Assembly (NCBI GenBank): GCA_963820525.1
Contig: CAWGAA010000002.1
Span: 544,001 to 608,000 of the forward strand
DNA length: 64,000 bases
Direction of reading: 5' to 3'
From: an uncultured Spirochaetota bacterium
GTDB taxonomy: Bacteria > Spirochaetota > Spirochaetia > SZUA-6 > Fen-1364
The position numbers were made by a program, and so were the translations under genes. The number at the start of each line of letters is the position of its first letter. The first letter of the stretch is position 1. Below, one piece after another: positions 47,987-57,540 of the stretch. The notes under the pieces were generated by a model. That model was not told the origin of the DNA. It did not search any database and saw only the letters and a list, made by a program, of their open reading frames with translations.

Positions 47987-48195
47987 AACGTTACCCCTTT
48001 AAACAGAAACCGATTACTCTATAATATATTTGAAAATTTTTGTCAAGGATTGTTAATGGAAATGTTTTTTCTCTCATCAAAACAGTTGACTCCGATCGAT
48101 ATCCAGGGAAAATAGATAATAATTGATTGCTCTATAAACATTTATATGATAATTGTCAGGATTCGGGAATATGGCATTTCTAAGCCTTTTTTTTC

Positions 48196-48250
48196 TTGAC
48201 GAAAGCAGAAGCCAAGTGATAAAATGCCATAACTGTAAACGGTTACAGTT
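48196..48250 (+). promoter_or_regulatory. Promoter and LacI-type operator of the second sugar ABC operon
   Basis: TTGACG-N18-TAAAAT with extended TG. Near-perfect palindrome AACTGTAAACGGTTACAGTT at 48231-48250; a weaker related site near 48004-48020. Confidence 0.8.
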
Positions 48251-48262
48251 AAGAGGAGGCAA

Positions 48263-49504
48263 ATGAAAATGAAAAGAGTTATTTCTCTCACAATTCTCTT
48301 GGCCCTTTTCTTCTTGCCAGGCACCATCTGGGCTCAGAAAACGGAGGTCGTCGTCCAATCCTACATGTCCGATGAAGCCCCCAAGAACACCTTTGCCGAT
48401 CTGGCAGCCGAGTTCATGAAACAGAACCCGGATATCAAGGTAACCGTCAACACGGTCGCTCACGAGCAATTCAAGACGCAGTTGGTGAACTACCTCACGT
48501 CGAAGAACGCCCCCGACGTCCTCACATGGTTCGCCGGCTACCGAATGCAGCAGTACGCCGTAAAGAACCTCCTTGAGCCCGTCGATGGGATTTTTCCCGG
48601 CGGCTCCATGGAGAAGGAGTTCCCGTCGGCGTTCAAGGGCGCCTGCAGTTATGGCGGCAAGGTGTACTTCGTGCCCCAATCCTGGTACTGGTGGGCCGTG
48701 TACTACAACAAGGATGTTTTCAAGAAGTACGGCATCAAGGTGCCGACGAACTGGGATCAGTTCCTCGCCGTCTGTGAATCCCTGAAGAAGAACGGGGTGG
48801 CGCCCATCTCCATCGGCGCCAAGGACACCTGGACCGCCGGAGGTTGGTTCGACTACATGGACGTCGCGGTGAACGGCGGCGACTTCCACCAGAAACTCAC
48901 GGCGGGCACGGTCTCCTACACCGATCCCAAGGTCCTCAACACCTTCGGCTACATCGCCAATCTCGCCAAGAAGGGTTACATCATACCCAGCGCGACGAGC
49001 TACAGCTGGCAGGAGGCCGCCAATCTCTTGTTCGACGGGAAAGCCGGAATGTACCTCATGGGCCAGTTCATCAAGGATGTGGCTCCAGCGGACAAGAAGG
49101 AATCCATCGATTTCTTCACCTTCCCGATCGTAGGTGGGAACGTGAAGTACGGAGTGGACACTCCCCTTGACGGCTTCATGATGCCTAAGAACGCGCCCCA
49201 CAAGGACGCCGCCAAGAAGTTCCTCGCCTTCATCGCCAGCAGGCAGGGCCAGGAGATGTTCTGCAAGCCGCTGGGACGCCTGGCGGCGAACGCGAACGTG
49301 CCGGTCCCCAATGCCGAAGCCAAGCGGGGCCTCGACATGGTGAAGGCGGCCACATGGGCCATGCTGTTCTACGACCGCGACGCCCCCGAGGAGATGGCGG
49401 GCAAGGGCATGAACGCGATCGTCGACATCATACAAACCCCGGACCAACTGAAGAGTATCCTCACCGAGCTCGATAAAGAGCGCGTGCGGATCTACGCGGA
49501 GTAG
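48263..49504 (+). CDS. Sugar ABC substrate-binding protein
   Basis: Signal peptide, PDVLTWFAG, YYNKDVF, PTNWDQF, GKAGMYLMG. Confidence 0.92.
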   Translation: MKMKRVISLTILLALFFLPGTIWAQKTEVVVQSYMSDEAPKNTFADLAAEFMKQNPDIKVTVNTVAHEQFKTQLVNYLTSKNAPDVLTWFAGYRMQQYAVKNLLEPVDGIFPGGSMEKEFPSAFKGACSYGGKVYFVPQSWYWWAVYYNKDVFKKYGIKVPTNWDQFLAVCESLKKNGVAPISIGAKDTWTAGGWFDYMDVAVNGGDFHQKLTAGTVSYTDPKVLNTFGYIANLAKKGYIIPSATSYSWQEAANLLFDGKAGMYLMGQFIKDVAPADKKESIDFFTFPIVGGNVKYGVDTPLDGFMMPKNAPHKDAAKKFLAFIASRQGQEMFCKPLGRLAANANVPVPNAEAKRGLDMVKAATWAMLFYDRDAPEEMAGKGMNAIVDIIQTPDQLKSILTELDKERVRIYAE

Positions 49505-49524
49505 CTCAACCGACCTCTTCCGTC

Positions 49525-49558
49525 AGGCGGACGGCGAGGGTGCTGTCCGCCTTTTTTT
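49525..49558 (+). terminator. Intrinsic terminator-like hairpin after the binding-protein gene
   Basis: AGGCGGACGGC-N6-GCTGTCCGCCT followed by TTTTTT. Confidence 0.8.
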
Positions 49559-49623
49559 CGCCCCGCGGCCCGTAGAGGATTGGAGCCGTCGCAAGCGCGG
49601 GGGTATTCTGGCAGAGCTGGAGG

Positions 49624-50514
49624 TTGACGGTGCGCAAAAAGGTCGGCGTATACAGATGGGCGCCATGGGCTTTCCTGGCCCTACCCCTGGCGATGTACCT
49701 CACATGGGTTATTGCGCCCGTTATCCAGAGCATGCTTTTCGCCTTCACGAAGAAGGACACGATCGTCTACGGGATCGTCTGGGTGGGCCTAAGGAACTTC
49801 GCCCGCCTGCTGGGCGACGGCCAGTTCTGGCTGGCCATCAAGAACAACATGCTCTGGCTCACGTTTTTCGTGCTCATCCCCGTCCCGCTCGGGCTCGCCG
49901 TCGCAATGCTCTTCAACAATGACTTCCCCGGCGCCCCGGCGTACAAGACCCTGTTCTACCTCCCCATGACCCTTTCCTTCGCGGTTATTGGGACGATATG
50001 GTTGTGGATCTACACCCCCGACTACGGCGTTCTCAACACCTTTCTCCGCTCCATCGGCCTGAATGAATGGGCCGTGCAGTGGATCGGGGACAAGCGCTAC
50101 ATGACCGGCGCGCTCATTGCCGTCGGCGTGTGGCGTCAGGTGCCGTACGTGATGATCCTGTACCTGGCCGGGCTCAAGACCGTGCCCATGGATCTGGTGG
50201 AGGTGGCCATGATCGACGGCGCCACTTGGTGGCAGCGCTTCCGTCGCGTCGTCCTGCCCATGCTCGCCCCCGCGACGGTGGTCGCCGTCACCATCTCCAT
50301 CATCGATTCGCTTCGGGCCTTCGACGTGGTGTACGTCATGACCAACACAAAAGCCCGCGCCGCGGAGGTCCTCGCCAGCTACATGTACTCCTCCGCCTTC
50401 GCCTACAGCGACTTCGGGTACGGCTCCGCGATAGCGGTTGTGCAGTTCCTCATCACCCTGTGCTTCATCATGATCTACGTCAGTAACGTTCTCCGTGGCG
50501 AGACGGAGATGTAA
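49624..50514 (+). CDS. Carbohydrate ABC permease (MalF-like)
   Basis: WVGLRNF, FYLP, YLAGL, EVAMIDGA, AFD. Confidence 0.92.
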   Translation: MTVRKKVGVYRWAPWAFLALPLAMYLTWVIAPVIQSMLFAFTKKDTIVYGIVWVGLRNFARLLGDGQFWLAIKNNMLWLTFFVLIPVPLGLAVAMLFNNDFPGAPAYKTLFYLPMTLSFAVIGTIWLWIYTPDYGVLNTFLRSIGLNEWAVQWIGDKRYMTGALIAVGVWRQVPYVMILYLAGLKTVPMDLVEVAMIDGATWWQRFRRVVLPMLAPATVVAVTISIIDSLRAFDVVYVMTNTKARAAEVLASYMYSSAFAYSDFGYGSAIAVVQFLITLCFIMIYVSNVLRGETEM

Positions 50515-50526
50515 GAGGAGGAGGCA

Positions 50527-51384
50527 ATGGCTTCTCTGGCAGTCGGCTCGAAGAGGCAAAAAACGATTATTAAGATCTCCTTCTACCTTGCCGCAACGAT
50601 GCTCATCGCCGTCTGGCTGTTTCCGCTCCTCATCGCCGTCTTCACCTCCGTGAAGAGCATGGATGAGATCATGTCCAATCCGCGGATGTGGGCGCCTCCC
50701 AAGGTCTGGCTCTGGTCGAACTTCGCGAACGTCTGGAACAAGGTCGGCATGTCGCGCTACGTGCTCAACACCTTTATCATCACCATCCCCTCCGTGATCG
50801 GGGCCCTTCTGGTCTCAAGCCTCTCCGCCTTTGCCCTCGCCTTTTACAGGTTCAGGGCGAACAGGGCGATCCTCATCATCTTCATCGCGGGCATGCTCAT
50901 CCCCTTCCAGATGCTCATGATCCCCGTGTTCCGCTTCACCGACACGATCGGAATCCGGGATACCTACCCGGGGATCATCGTCTTTCATATGGCCTTCCAG
51001 CTCGGCTTCTGCACCTTCTTCCTGCGCAGCTTCATGAAGACGATCCCTTCCAGTCTGCTCGAGGCGCCCCGCATCGACGGCGCCAGTGAGTTCACGATCT
51101 ACCGCAGGATCGTCCTGCCCCTGTCCGTCACGAGCTTCGCGGCTCTCGGAGTCTTGGAGTTCACGTGGATCTGGAACGACCTGCTCTGGTCTTTGGTCCT
51201 GCTCCAATCCGACAGGCTCAAGCCGGTGACTCTGGGCCTTGCGAACATGCAGGGTGAGTTCGTGCAGTACTACAACATGACGGCCGCCGGATCGATCATC
51301 GCCGCCATCGCGCCCCTTCTTGTTTTCCTTCTCTTCCAGCGCTTCTTCATCGAGGGTCTCACCATGGGCGCTGAGAAGGGGTGA
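50527..51384 (+). CDS. Carbohydrate ABC permease (MalG-like)
   Basis: IPFQ, LLEAPRIDGA, WIWND, FQRFFIEGL. Confidence 0.92.
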   Translation: MASLAVGSKRQKTIIKISFYLAATMLIAVWLFPLLIAVFTSVKSMDEIMSNPRMWAPPKVWLWSNFANVWNKVGMSRYVLNTFIITIPSVIGALLVSSLSAFALAFYRFRANRAILIIFIAGMLIPFQMLMIPVFRFTDTIGIRDTYPGIIVFHMAFQLGFCTFFLRSFMKTIPSSLLEAPRIDGASEFTIYRRIVLPLSVTSFAALGVLEFTWIWNDLLWSLVLLQSDRLKPVTLGLANMQGEFVQYYNMTAAGSIIAAIAPLLVFLLFQRFFIEGLTMGAEKG

Positions 51385-51410
51385 TGGGAGTCCGGCCAGG
51401 AGGCCGAAAT

Positions 51411-52295
51411 TCAGCCGAACCATCGAGCTGCCGCCTCACAGAGCGCCGGCGCCATTGAGAGCGAAAAACGCGCCTTGTTGGAAGTGACCTCCAAGATGCT
51501 CTCTTGGACCTGCACTCCCGTCATCCGGGAACGAGGAACAATGAAAGAATCCTCCCCATACTGGTGAGTTTCTTCAGGAGGATCGCACATATAAACAAGC
51601 TCATAAGGGTTAAGCACAAGAAGCTGGCCGAGTTCGATCTTGAGACGCCGCTTTCTCTGCACGCTGGCAAACCGAAACACGATTGGGTCGCTCTTGTCCA
51701 ACCGGGCAAGAGCGCCGTGGAGCAAGGTGTTCCACTTGAAAGGCAACTTCGCCGCCGCATCTGCATCCCGCGGTATCCGCTGCGCGGGGCCCGCCAGTCT
51801 CTTGCGCAGCTCCAGCAAAGCCGGCTCGAGTTCATCGCGAGCCACGGTGTTGTAGCGAATCGTGAGGCGTTGCCCAAACGAGAGAAAACTGAGCCTCCCA
51901 TAGAGCAGGATCGTGATGTCTTCTATGGCGGCAAGCTCTTCCAGGGCGATTGTGGCTTTGACGCCAGGCTGAGGCTTCTCGGTCCAAAGCCCTATGGCTC
52001 GGGACCCAATCGTCAGTACGCTGTTGGGTGATACAACCTTCGGGCCCCGCAGCTCAACCGATCGTACCGTCCAGGGAATGATGAAAACCTGGTGGAGGCC
52101 TTCGATCGCGCAGATTTGCTCCAAGGATTCCAGGGCTCCCGAGGGGATATCCTCAGCCCGCCGCGGCGTATGGGGGTAACTGGCATAGTTGCTCCGATAA
52201 TAGGAGTCACCCTCGCTCTTGGTGAGGGGGAGCTCCCATGTTTCTGCGGGATCCTGTATGTGACTGCGTGCGGCAACCCGATCACGAATATTCAT
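51411..52295 (-). CDS. Hypothetical protein
   Basis: 294-aa ORF with GGAG SD, fills the gap; no recognisable motif. Confidence 0.7.
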   Translation of the reverse strand: MNIRDRVAARSHIQDPAETWELPLTKSEGDSYYRSNYASYPHTPRRAEDIPSGALESLEQICAIEGLHQVFIIPWTVRSVELRGPKVVSPNSVLTIGSRAIGLWTEKPQPGVKATIALEELAAIEDITILLYGRLSFLSFGQRLTIRYNTVARDELEPALLELRKRLAGPAQRIPRDADAAAKLPFKWNTLLHGALARLDKSDPIVFRFASVQRKRRLKIELGQLLVLNPYELVYMCDPPEETHQYGEDSFIVPRSRMTGVQVQESILEVTSNKARFSLSMAPALCEAAARWFG

Positions 52296-52407
52296 TCTCC
52301 CTCCTCGCCGGTGAAGGCGCCGGTTGCATGGAGGATCTCAGCCTAAAAAAGAAAAACCGTCAATGCATCGCGAGGGCTCGCCGCCTGCAGCGCTGGACTT
52401 GCGAGCC

Positions 52408-53730
52408 CTATTTCCACCGGAACAGCGACTCGAAGAAATTTCGGGGAGGTGCGATTCCGAAGAAGCTGGAGATGAGATCGGCCAGGGTTCTCCGAAGCAG
52501 CTGAAACGAGAAATACTTCCGGCCGAGGCTGAAGTTCTTCTCGACCATGCTCCGCCTCCGCTCGGCGTTTCCCAGCACCTCAGCCACCTGTTTGACTGTT
52601 GCATCGGTCACGAACCCGTCTATCGAGATCACGTCGAAGCCCTTGGGCTCGATATCGACTATATACACATCGTAGCGGTTCACCAGGAGAGGTCTCTTGT
52701 AGTATATGGCCTCCAGGAACGCGTTTCCGAAACCCTCGAAGAGGCTGGGGTAGGTGATGAGGTCCGCGTGGGGATACACATCCTCCAGGGAAAACTGCAT
52801 TTCTCCCTCCGCGGCGCGGCCGTTTTCCTCGTTGAGCCGCTCGCAGATGAAGTGGAGGGACACATCCTGAAGGGAGGCCCACTTCTTCACCCATTCAGCG
52901 TACGCGATGCCCTCGTCGTCGAGTGAATGTGAAACGAGCAGCCGGACGTTGGGCATGTCCAGAGCCTGAGCGAGGGTGATGGCCTGCTCGATTCCCTTGC
53001 GGGAGACCACCCTGGTGGGCTGGAGAATCAGGATATCGTCGGGCTGGAGCCCCATCTGGAGGCGGAACTGCCGGCCGGAGATGCGCAGAGGAGCGGGCTT
53101 TTTCTCGAAATCCATGACGTTGAAGATGAGGCTCGCCGAGATGCTCTTGCGCGCCGCGAGCTGGGCCTGTGCCACGGAGCTGATGACAACGTGCTTGATG
53201 GAAGGAAGGCTCGGGGGGAACGCCATGTTGAGGATTTCCTGGCAGGCATTGGTGAGGTAGCGCGATCTCTCCCAGAAGAAATCGTGGTGATGGGCGATGG
53301 TCGGGATGCCGGTCTCCGCGATAAGCTCGGTAACCGCCATTCCCAGCGGCAGGTTCATGGGGATGGAGATTGCGTTCTCCGGGATGATCAGGTCTATGTC
53401 GAAGCGGTCGATAAACTCGTACAACCTGTCTTTGAGCAGCTCCTTCTGCCTGTGCAGGGCTTCCGTCAGGAGCCTGCTCCTCTTCTGGGTGCTGAAGAGG
53501 GTCTTGTTCAGCTCAGCCGTGGCGGGATGACCGAAGAACGCTTCGGGCACAAGCATGCTTGAATCGGGGTTGCGGTCCAATTCCCCCGCGAACCAGAAAC
53601 ACTTGTGGTGGAACTCTTCCAGCACGCTCGCCCATTTGCTCGACTCCAGGGAGACCCCGTCGAGGCCTCGAAAACGAGTGGAGATGAAGCCGATGTTGAG
53701 CGAGCGATCCCGCTTCGTGGAATCAGTCAT
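52408..53730 (-). CDS. GT4 glycosyltransferase, mannosylglucosylglycerate synthase (MggS)-like
   Basis: GLDGVSLESSKW, HHHDFFWER, QPTRVVSRKGIE, YPSLFEGFGNAFLE. Clustered with gpgS. Confidence 0.82.
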   Translation of the reverse strand: MTDSTKRDRSLNIGFISTRFRGLDGVSLESSKWASVLEEFHHKCFWFAGELDRNPDSSMLVPEAFFGHPATAELNKTLFSTQKRSRLLTEALHRQKELLKDRLYEFIDRFDIDLIIPENAISIPMNLPLGMAVTELIAETGIPTIAHHHDFFWERSRYLTNACQEILNMAFPPSLPSIKHVVISSVAQAQLAARKSISASLIFNVMDFEKKPAPLRISGRQFRLQMGLQPDDILILQPTRVVSRKGIEQAITLAQALDMPNVRLLVSHSLDDEGIAYAEWVKKWASLQDVSLHFICERLNEENGRAAEGEMQFSLEDVYPHADLITYPSLFEGFGNAFLEAIYYKRPLLVNRYDVYIVDIEPKGFDVISIDGFVTDATVKQVAEVLGNAERRRSMVEKNFSLGRKYFSFQLLRRTLADLISSFFGIAPPRNFFESLFRWK

Positions 53731-55249
53731 ACAGAAACCTCATGTGCTCTCTGGTGGCAAAGCTGTTTCTCACCGCGAGCTGGATGGCCGCCGGGTCGGC
53801 AGCGACCGAGGTGTGGCCTGGTTGTCTGAACGAGTCCAGCAGCCGGTGGAGCCGCTGGGTATAGGCAGCCGGACCGAAGAGGCCATCCACCTTCATCGTC
53901 TGCGGCCGAGGCATGTCCAGGAGCAGATCGTCGATATGCTCGATTATACTCCGGTTTGCCTTGCGAACGGCCTCTCTCCAGTCCTGCGAGTCCACTGCGC
54001 GCTCCAGCAGGACTCGCTGGAGCTGAGGATCGAGATAGGAGAAATCCACGAGGCTTTTCGCAAGCATCTCGCTGAGATCCGCCTGGAGCTTCAGCAAGAG
54101 AGGCTTGGGCAGGAGCGCCTCCAGAGATGCCATCTTGGCGGCGTAGCGCTCCCTGAGGCGAGCCCGCTCCGCGGCCTCCAGGGGTACGAGCAGGGCTGAA
54201 TAAAAGCGGGCGGGGTAGCCTTCCAGCATGTCGTCAAACCCCTCCATCGTATCCAGGCGGCGGGCGAGCAGAGGCAGTCCCCACTGGAGGGACTGAACAA
54301 AGAGGTACCCGAAGCCCTCTTGGATGGAGCTGCTCACGATGAGATCGGAGGCCTGCGCCAGGGTTTCCAGGCCGATCTCGGGCCGCCGCTCGCCGATGCC
54401 AAGCTCTCCGGGAACCAGCCCTGATGCGAAGCAGCCTCCGGCAAGGTTGCTGTATTCCCTCTCTGCGGCGGATACCCCGGGAAGAGTGACCAGCAGGCGC
54501 GCGGGCCGGCTCATAAGGAGCGTCAACAAGCCGGCCTCCAAAACATTCTTCCGCCTTATCGCCCGCACAGGGTACAGGAGCGTGAGGAGCTCTGGATCGT
54601 CGGCAGGAAAAAGGCGAGCGCGAAGCTCGCGCCTGCCCTCGCGCGGCGCCTCGCTGGGCTGCAGGCGGGGAACCGGATTTCCAAGGACTTGGAGGTATTC
54701 CGCGGGCAGGCCGGAATCTCTCAAGATCCGCCAATCCCGAGGATTGAGAAGCGCGTATCGGATGCGGGGCCCCGCGGGATACAGAGGGAGAGTGACGAAG
54801 TTATCCAATCCCGCGAGGTTCTCGAACCTGCCGGCTTCGGGAAAATCATGGGGCTGGAGAATCATCCGCGGCGCATTGCCGGAAGCGGCGACGTGGAGGA
54901 CCGCCTCCGTGAATAGGGGATTCTTTCCGAGATGGTAGTTGTGAATCCACCAGATGGACGAGTCCGAGGCAAAGCGAGCGAGGAGCATCTCCGCCAGTCC
55001 CCGGGCCTTCTCTCGAAGGCTCGAGGGGCTCTCCGTCGACCCGCCGGCGTAGTCGAGCTGGGAGATCGTGTGGATTTCCAGGCGCCCGTCATCGATTCCC
55101 AGGGCCGGCTCCGGGTCCCTGCCCGTCACCAGGTGGATCCGCGAGACGCCGCCGGGATGATCCAGGAGGGCGTGAATTGCGTGCCGTATGACGGTGCTCA
55201 CCCCTCCCCGGGAAAGGTGATAGTGAAAAATAAAAAGCTCGCTGGACAA
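53723..55249 (-). CDS. GT-B glycosyltransferase
   Basis: HYHLSRGGV, HNYHLGKN, HDFPE, PVRAIRRKN, EGFG. TTG start estimated at 55249. Confidence 0.8.
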   Translation of the reverse strand: MSSELFIFHYHLSRGGVSTVIRHAIHALLDHPGGVSRIHLVTGRDPEPALGIDDGRLEIHTISQLDYAGGSTESPSSLREKARGLAEMLLARFASDSSIWWIHNYHLGKNPLFTEAVLHVAASGNAPRMILQPHDFPEAGRFENLAGLDNFVTLPLYPAGPRIRYALLNPRDWRILRDSGLPAEYLQVLGNPVPRLQPSEAPREGRRELRARLFPADDPELLTLLYPVRAIRRKNVLEAGLLTLLMSRPARLLVTLPGVSAAEREYSNLAGGCFASGLVPGELGIGERRPEIGLETLAQASDLIVSSSIQEGFGYLFVQSLQWGLPLLARRLDTMEGFDDMLEGYPARFYSALLVPLEAAERARLRERYAAKMASLEALLPKPLLLKLQADLSEMLAKSLVDFSYLDPQLQRVLLERAVDSQDWREAVRKANRSIIEHIDDLLLDMPRPQTMKVDGLFGPAAYTQRLHRLLDSFRQPGHTSVAADPAAIQLAVRNSFATREHMRFLYD

Positions 55250-55268
55250 CTCCCGCGCTCCTGAGCTC

Positions 55269-56249
55269 CTACCCGCCGCTGGGGTGAAACTTCTTCCGAT
55301 ACTCCTCCACCTCCACCATGGGCGGGCGCTCCAGGGAAACGATCTCGGTTTCCTGCACTTCGGGGCGCTCATCCGCCATCAGCACGGACAGGTGGTGCTT
55401 GCCCGTTTCCTTGCTGACCTTCGCCTCTCCGTATCGGTCGAGCCTCTGCAGAAATGTGTCGAGGATTCCGAAGGCCATCTTTCCCAGCGCCTGCACCGGC
55501 TGGTTTCTGTGAATGCGGCTGTCCAGGTTCACCTGGGAGAGCGCCTTTGCCCCGTAGCGGTGGTAGATGTCGATGAGATGCCCCACCTCGACGCCGTATC
55601 CGACCGAGAAGGGAATCTGTTCCAGGAGCGCCCTTCTGCCGGCATACTCCCCGCTCAGGGGCTGGATGAAGTACGCAAGCTCGGGATAGAAGAGCGAAAA
55701 AAGCGGCCGGACCAGGATCTCCGTTACACGCCCCCCTCCCGAGGGGATAAGCAAGCCGGGAGCCCGAAACGGGCGCTCGTAGAAAGCCTTCACGTAGGAG
55801 ATCTCGGGGCGGTTGAGGAGCGGCCCCAAAAGGCCATAGACGAATTTCGGCGCGATGTTGCTGATATCCGCGTCTATCCAGACGATGATGTCGCCGGAGA
55901 GCACGTAGAGGCTTTTCCACAGGTTCTCTCCCTTGCCTCGATACGAGCCGTATTTCTTCAAGATGTCCCTGGAGGAAAAGAAGCGGGCCCCGAGGCTCTC
56001 GGCGATTTCCCGCGTCCTGTCGGTGGAGCCCGAATCTATCACGGCGATCTCGTCCAGGAGCGGGAACCGTTCCATGAGCTCGGTCTTGAGGATGAGAACT
56101 TCCTTGCCGATGGTTGCCTCTTCGTTCAGGGTGGGGAAGGCGAGGGAGATTTTGATCCCCTGGCGCTGTTTCATGTCGACGAGCCCGGCCTTGTCCTTGA
56201 ACTCGCCGTGGCGGAAGGTGTTTGCAAGAATGAGACTGTCCGGCTTCAT
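55269..56249 (-). CDS. gpgS: Glucosyl-3-phosphoglycerate synthase (GT81)
   Basis: PTLNEEATI, DSGSTD, GKGENLWKS, WIDAD, KAFYERP, GGGRVTE, QPLSGEYA, GYGVE, HRNQ. Confidence 0.92.
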   Translation of the reverse strand: MKPDSLILANTFRHGEFKDKAGLVDMKQRQGIKISLAFPTLNEEATIGKEVLILKTELMERFPLLDEIAVIDSGSTDRTREIAESLGARFFSSRDILKKYGSYRGKGENLWKSLYVLSGDIIVWIDADISNIAPKFVYGLLGPLLNRPEISYVKAFYERPFRAPGLLIPSGGGRVTEILVRPLFSLFYPELAYFIQPLSGEYAGRRALLEQIPFSVGYGVEVGHLIDIYHRYGAKALSQVNLDSRIHRNQPVQALGKMAFGILDTFLQRLDRYGEAKVSKETGKHHLSVLMADERPEVQETEIVSLERPPMVEVEEYRKKFHPSGG

Positions 56250-57469
56250 CCCTCGGGCTCCCTGCCGGCCCTGGTGCTCTCTTCCAGGAATTGGAGAATC
56301 TGGCGGAAGCCGGTCTCCACGGGACGGATGTCGATGTACTCCCCCTGGAAGCCTCTCTTGCCCGTGGTCACGCCCAGGGAAATGGCGGGGACGGCAAGGG
56401 ATTTTATGAAGGCGGAGTGATCGGGAATCGATGTCGGCACGGGACGGATTTTCAGCTTTTCGTGCACGCCGCGAAGGATCTCGTTCAGCCGGGAGTTGAT
56501 GTCGGTGTCGCCCGCGGGGAAGAAGGCCTTCACGGCGAGGTCCACCCCGGCTCCCGTCTCTGTGGAGATGTCGCCGATCGTGGCGGTGACTGCGTTCTTC
56601 GCAACCTCGAGCGCGTTTCTGTCCGAAGAGAAGATCTCGAGCTCCAGCGCGCCTTCCGCGGGATGCCAGCCGAAGCCGACGCCGGCTTCGATTCGGGCGA
56701 TGTTGAGGAAGGTGGCGTTTTCGCTGTCCCACCGGATGCCGCCCAGACGGAAGGCGATATCGGCCAGCACGGAAATGGCCGAGACAGCGGGCCCTCCGAA
56801 CGCCACCTCCCTCTCCGGCGTTCGAACGCTTACGGACAGCTTGTACGTCCCCATGGGCCGCATCTCCGTTCGTCCTACTACGATTCCCCGGACATACGCG
56901 GCGAAGCGCAGCCGTGCCTTCCAGTCCTGGATGAAGCGCTCCAGGGGCTGGGTCTCTCGCGCGCCTGGATCGAAGGAGCTCCAGAGGAGGAGCACATTCA
57001 TGTCGTAGTGAATCGCGTTCCTGGCCAGGTACTCGCCAAGGACCATGAGGGCGGCGACGCCGATGGAGTTCTCGGCGATCCCTTTTGCGTACACGCGGTT
57101 TTCCTCCAGCCTGGCGATGCAGTCTATGGGAGAATAGTCATCGCTTGCGATATCCGCGAAGAGCAGGGCGCAGTCATCGGAGCCGGTGGCGGAAGGGATG
57201 AGCACGCTCACGTTGCCGATGTCGTCGACGGACGGCTCCGGGTAGCCGAAATCGAGCAGCCGCTCCACGATGAAACCGGTCCGCCTGGCTTCGCCGGGCG
57301 TCGGAGAGGGAAGCTCGTTGAAGAGGATGGCGTCCGAGACGATCCGATTTACATAGGGGGCGATCGATGCCTTGTCCGAAGGGATCGCCCGGCGCCGGGC
57401 CGCCCCGCGGATCAATCTACGCGCTGCTGAGAAGAGGTTTTTGAAGCCCTGTCGAAAAGAGCCTCTCAT
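56246..57469 (-). CDS. M20/M28 peptidase-like protein with degenerate metal ligands
   Basis: Fold landmarks PSPTPGE, DDIGNV, NIARIEAG, VPAISLG are present. Expected ligand positions read ADIAS, GIAEN, SFDP, GFQGE. Confidence 0.7.
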   Translation of the reverse strand: MRGSFRQGFKNLFSAARRLIRGAARRRAIPSDKASIAPYVNRIVSDAILFNELPSPTPGEARRTGFIVERLLDFGYPEPSVDDIGNVSVLIPSATGSDDCALLFADIASDDYSPIDCIARLEENRVYAKGIAENSIGVAALMVLGEYLARNAIHYDMNVLLLWSSFDPGARETQPLERFIQDWKARLRFAAYVRGIVVGRTEMRPMGTYKLSVSVRTPEREVAFGGPAVSAISVLADIAFRLGGIRWDSENATFLNIARIEAGVGFGWHPAEGALELEIFSSDRNALEVAKNAVTATIGDISTETGAGVDLAVKAFFPAGDTDINSRLNEILRGVHEKLKIRPVPTSIPDHSAFIKSLAVPAISLGVTTGKRGFQGEYIDIRPVETGFRQILQFLEESTRAGREPEG

Positions 57470-57540
57470 GCTTCACCCGTCTTCATACTACCGCTGGATC
57501 GCGGGCGGTTCAAGGAAAGGGCGTCGGGGGATCACGTGGC

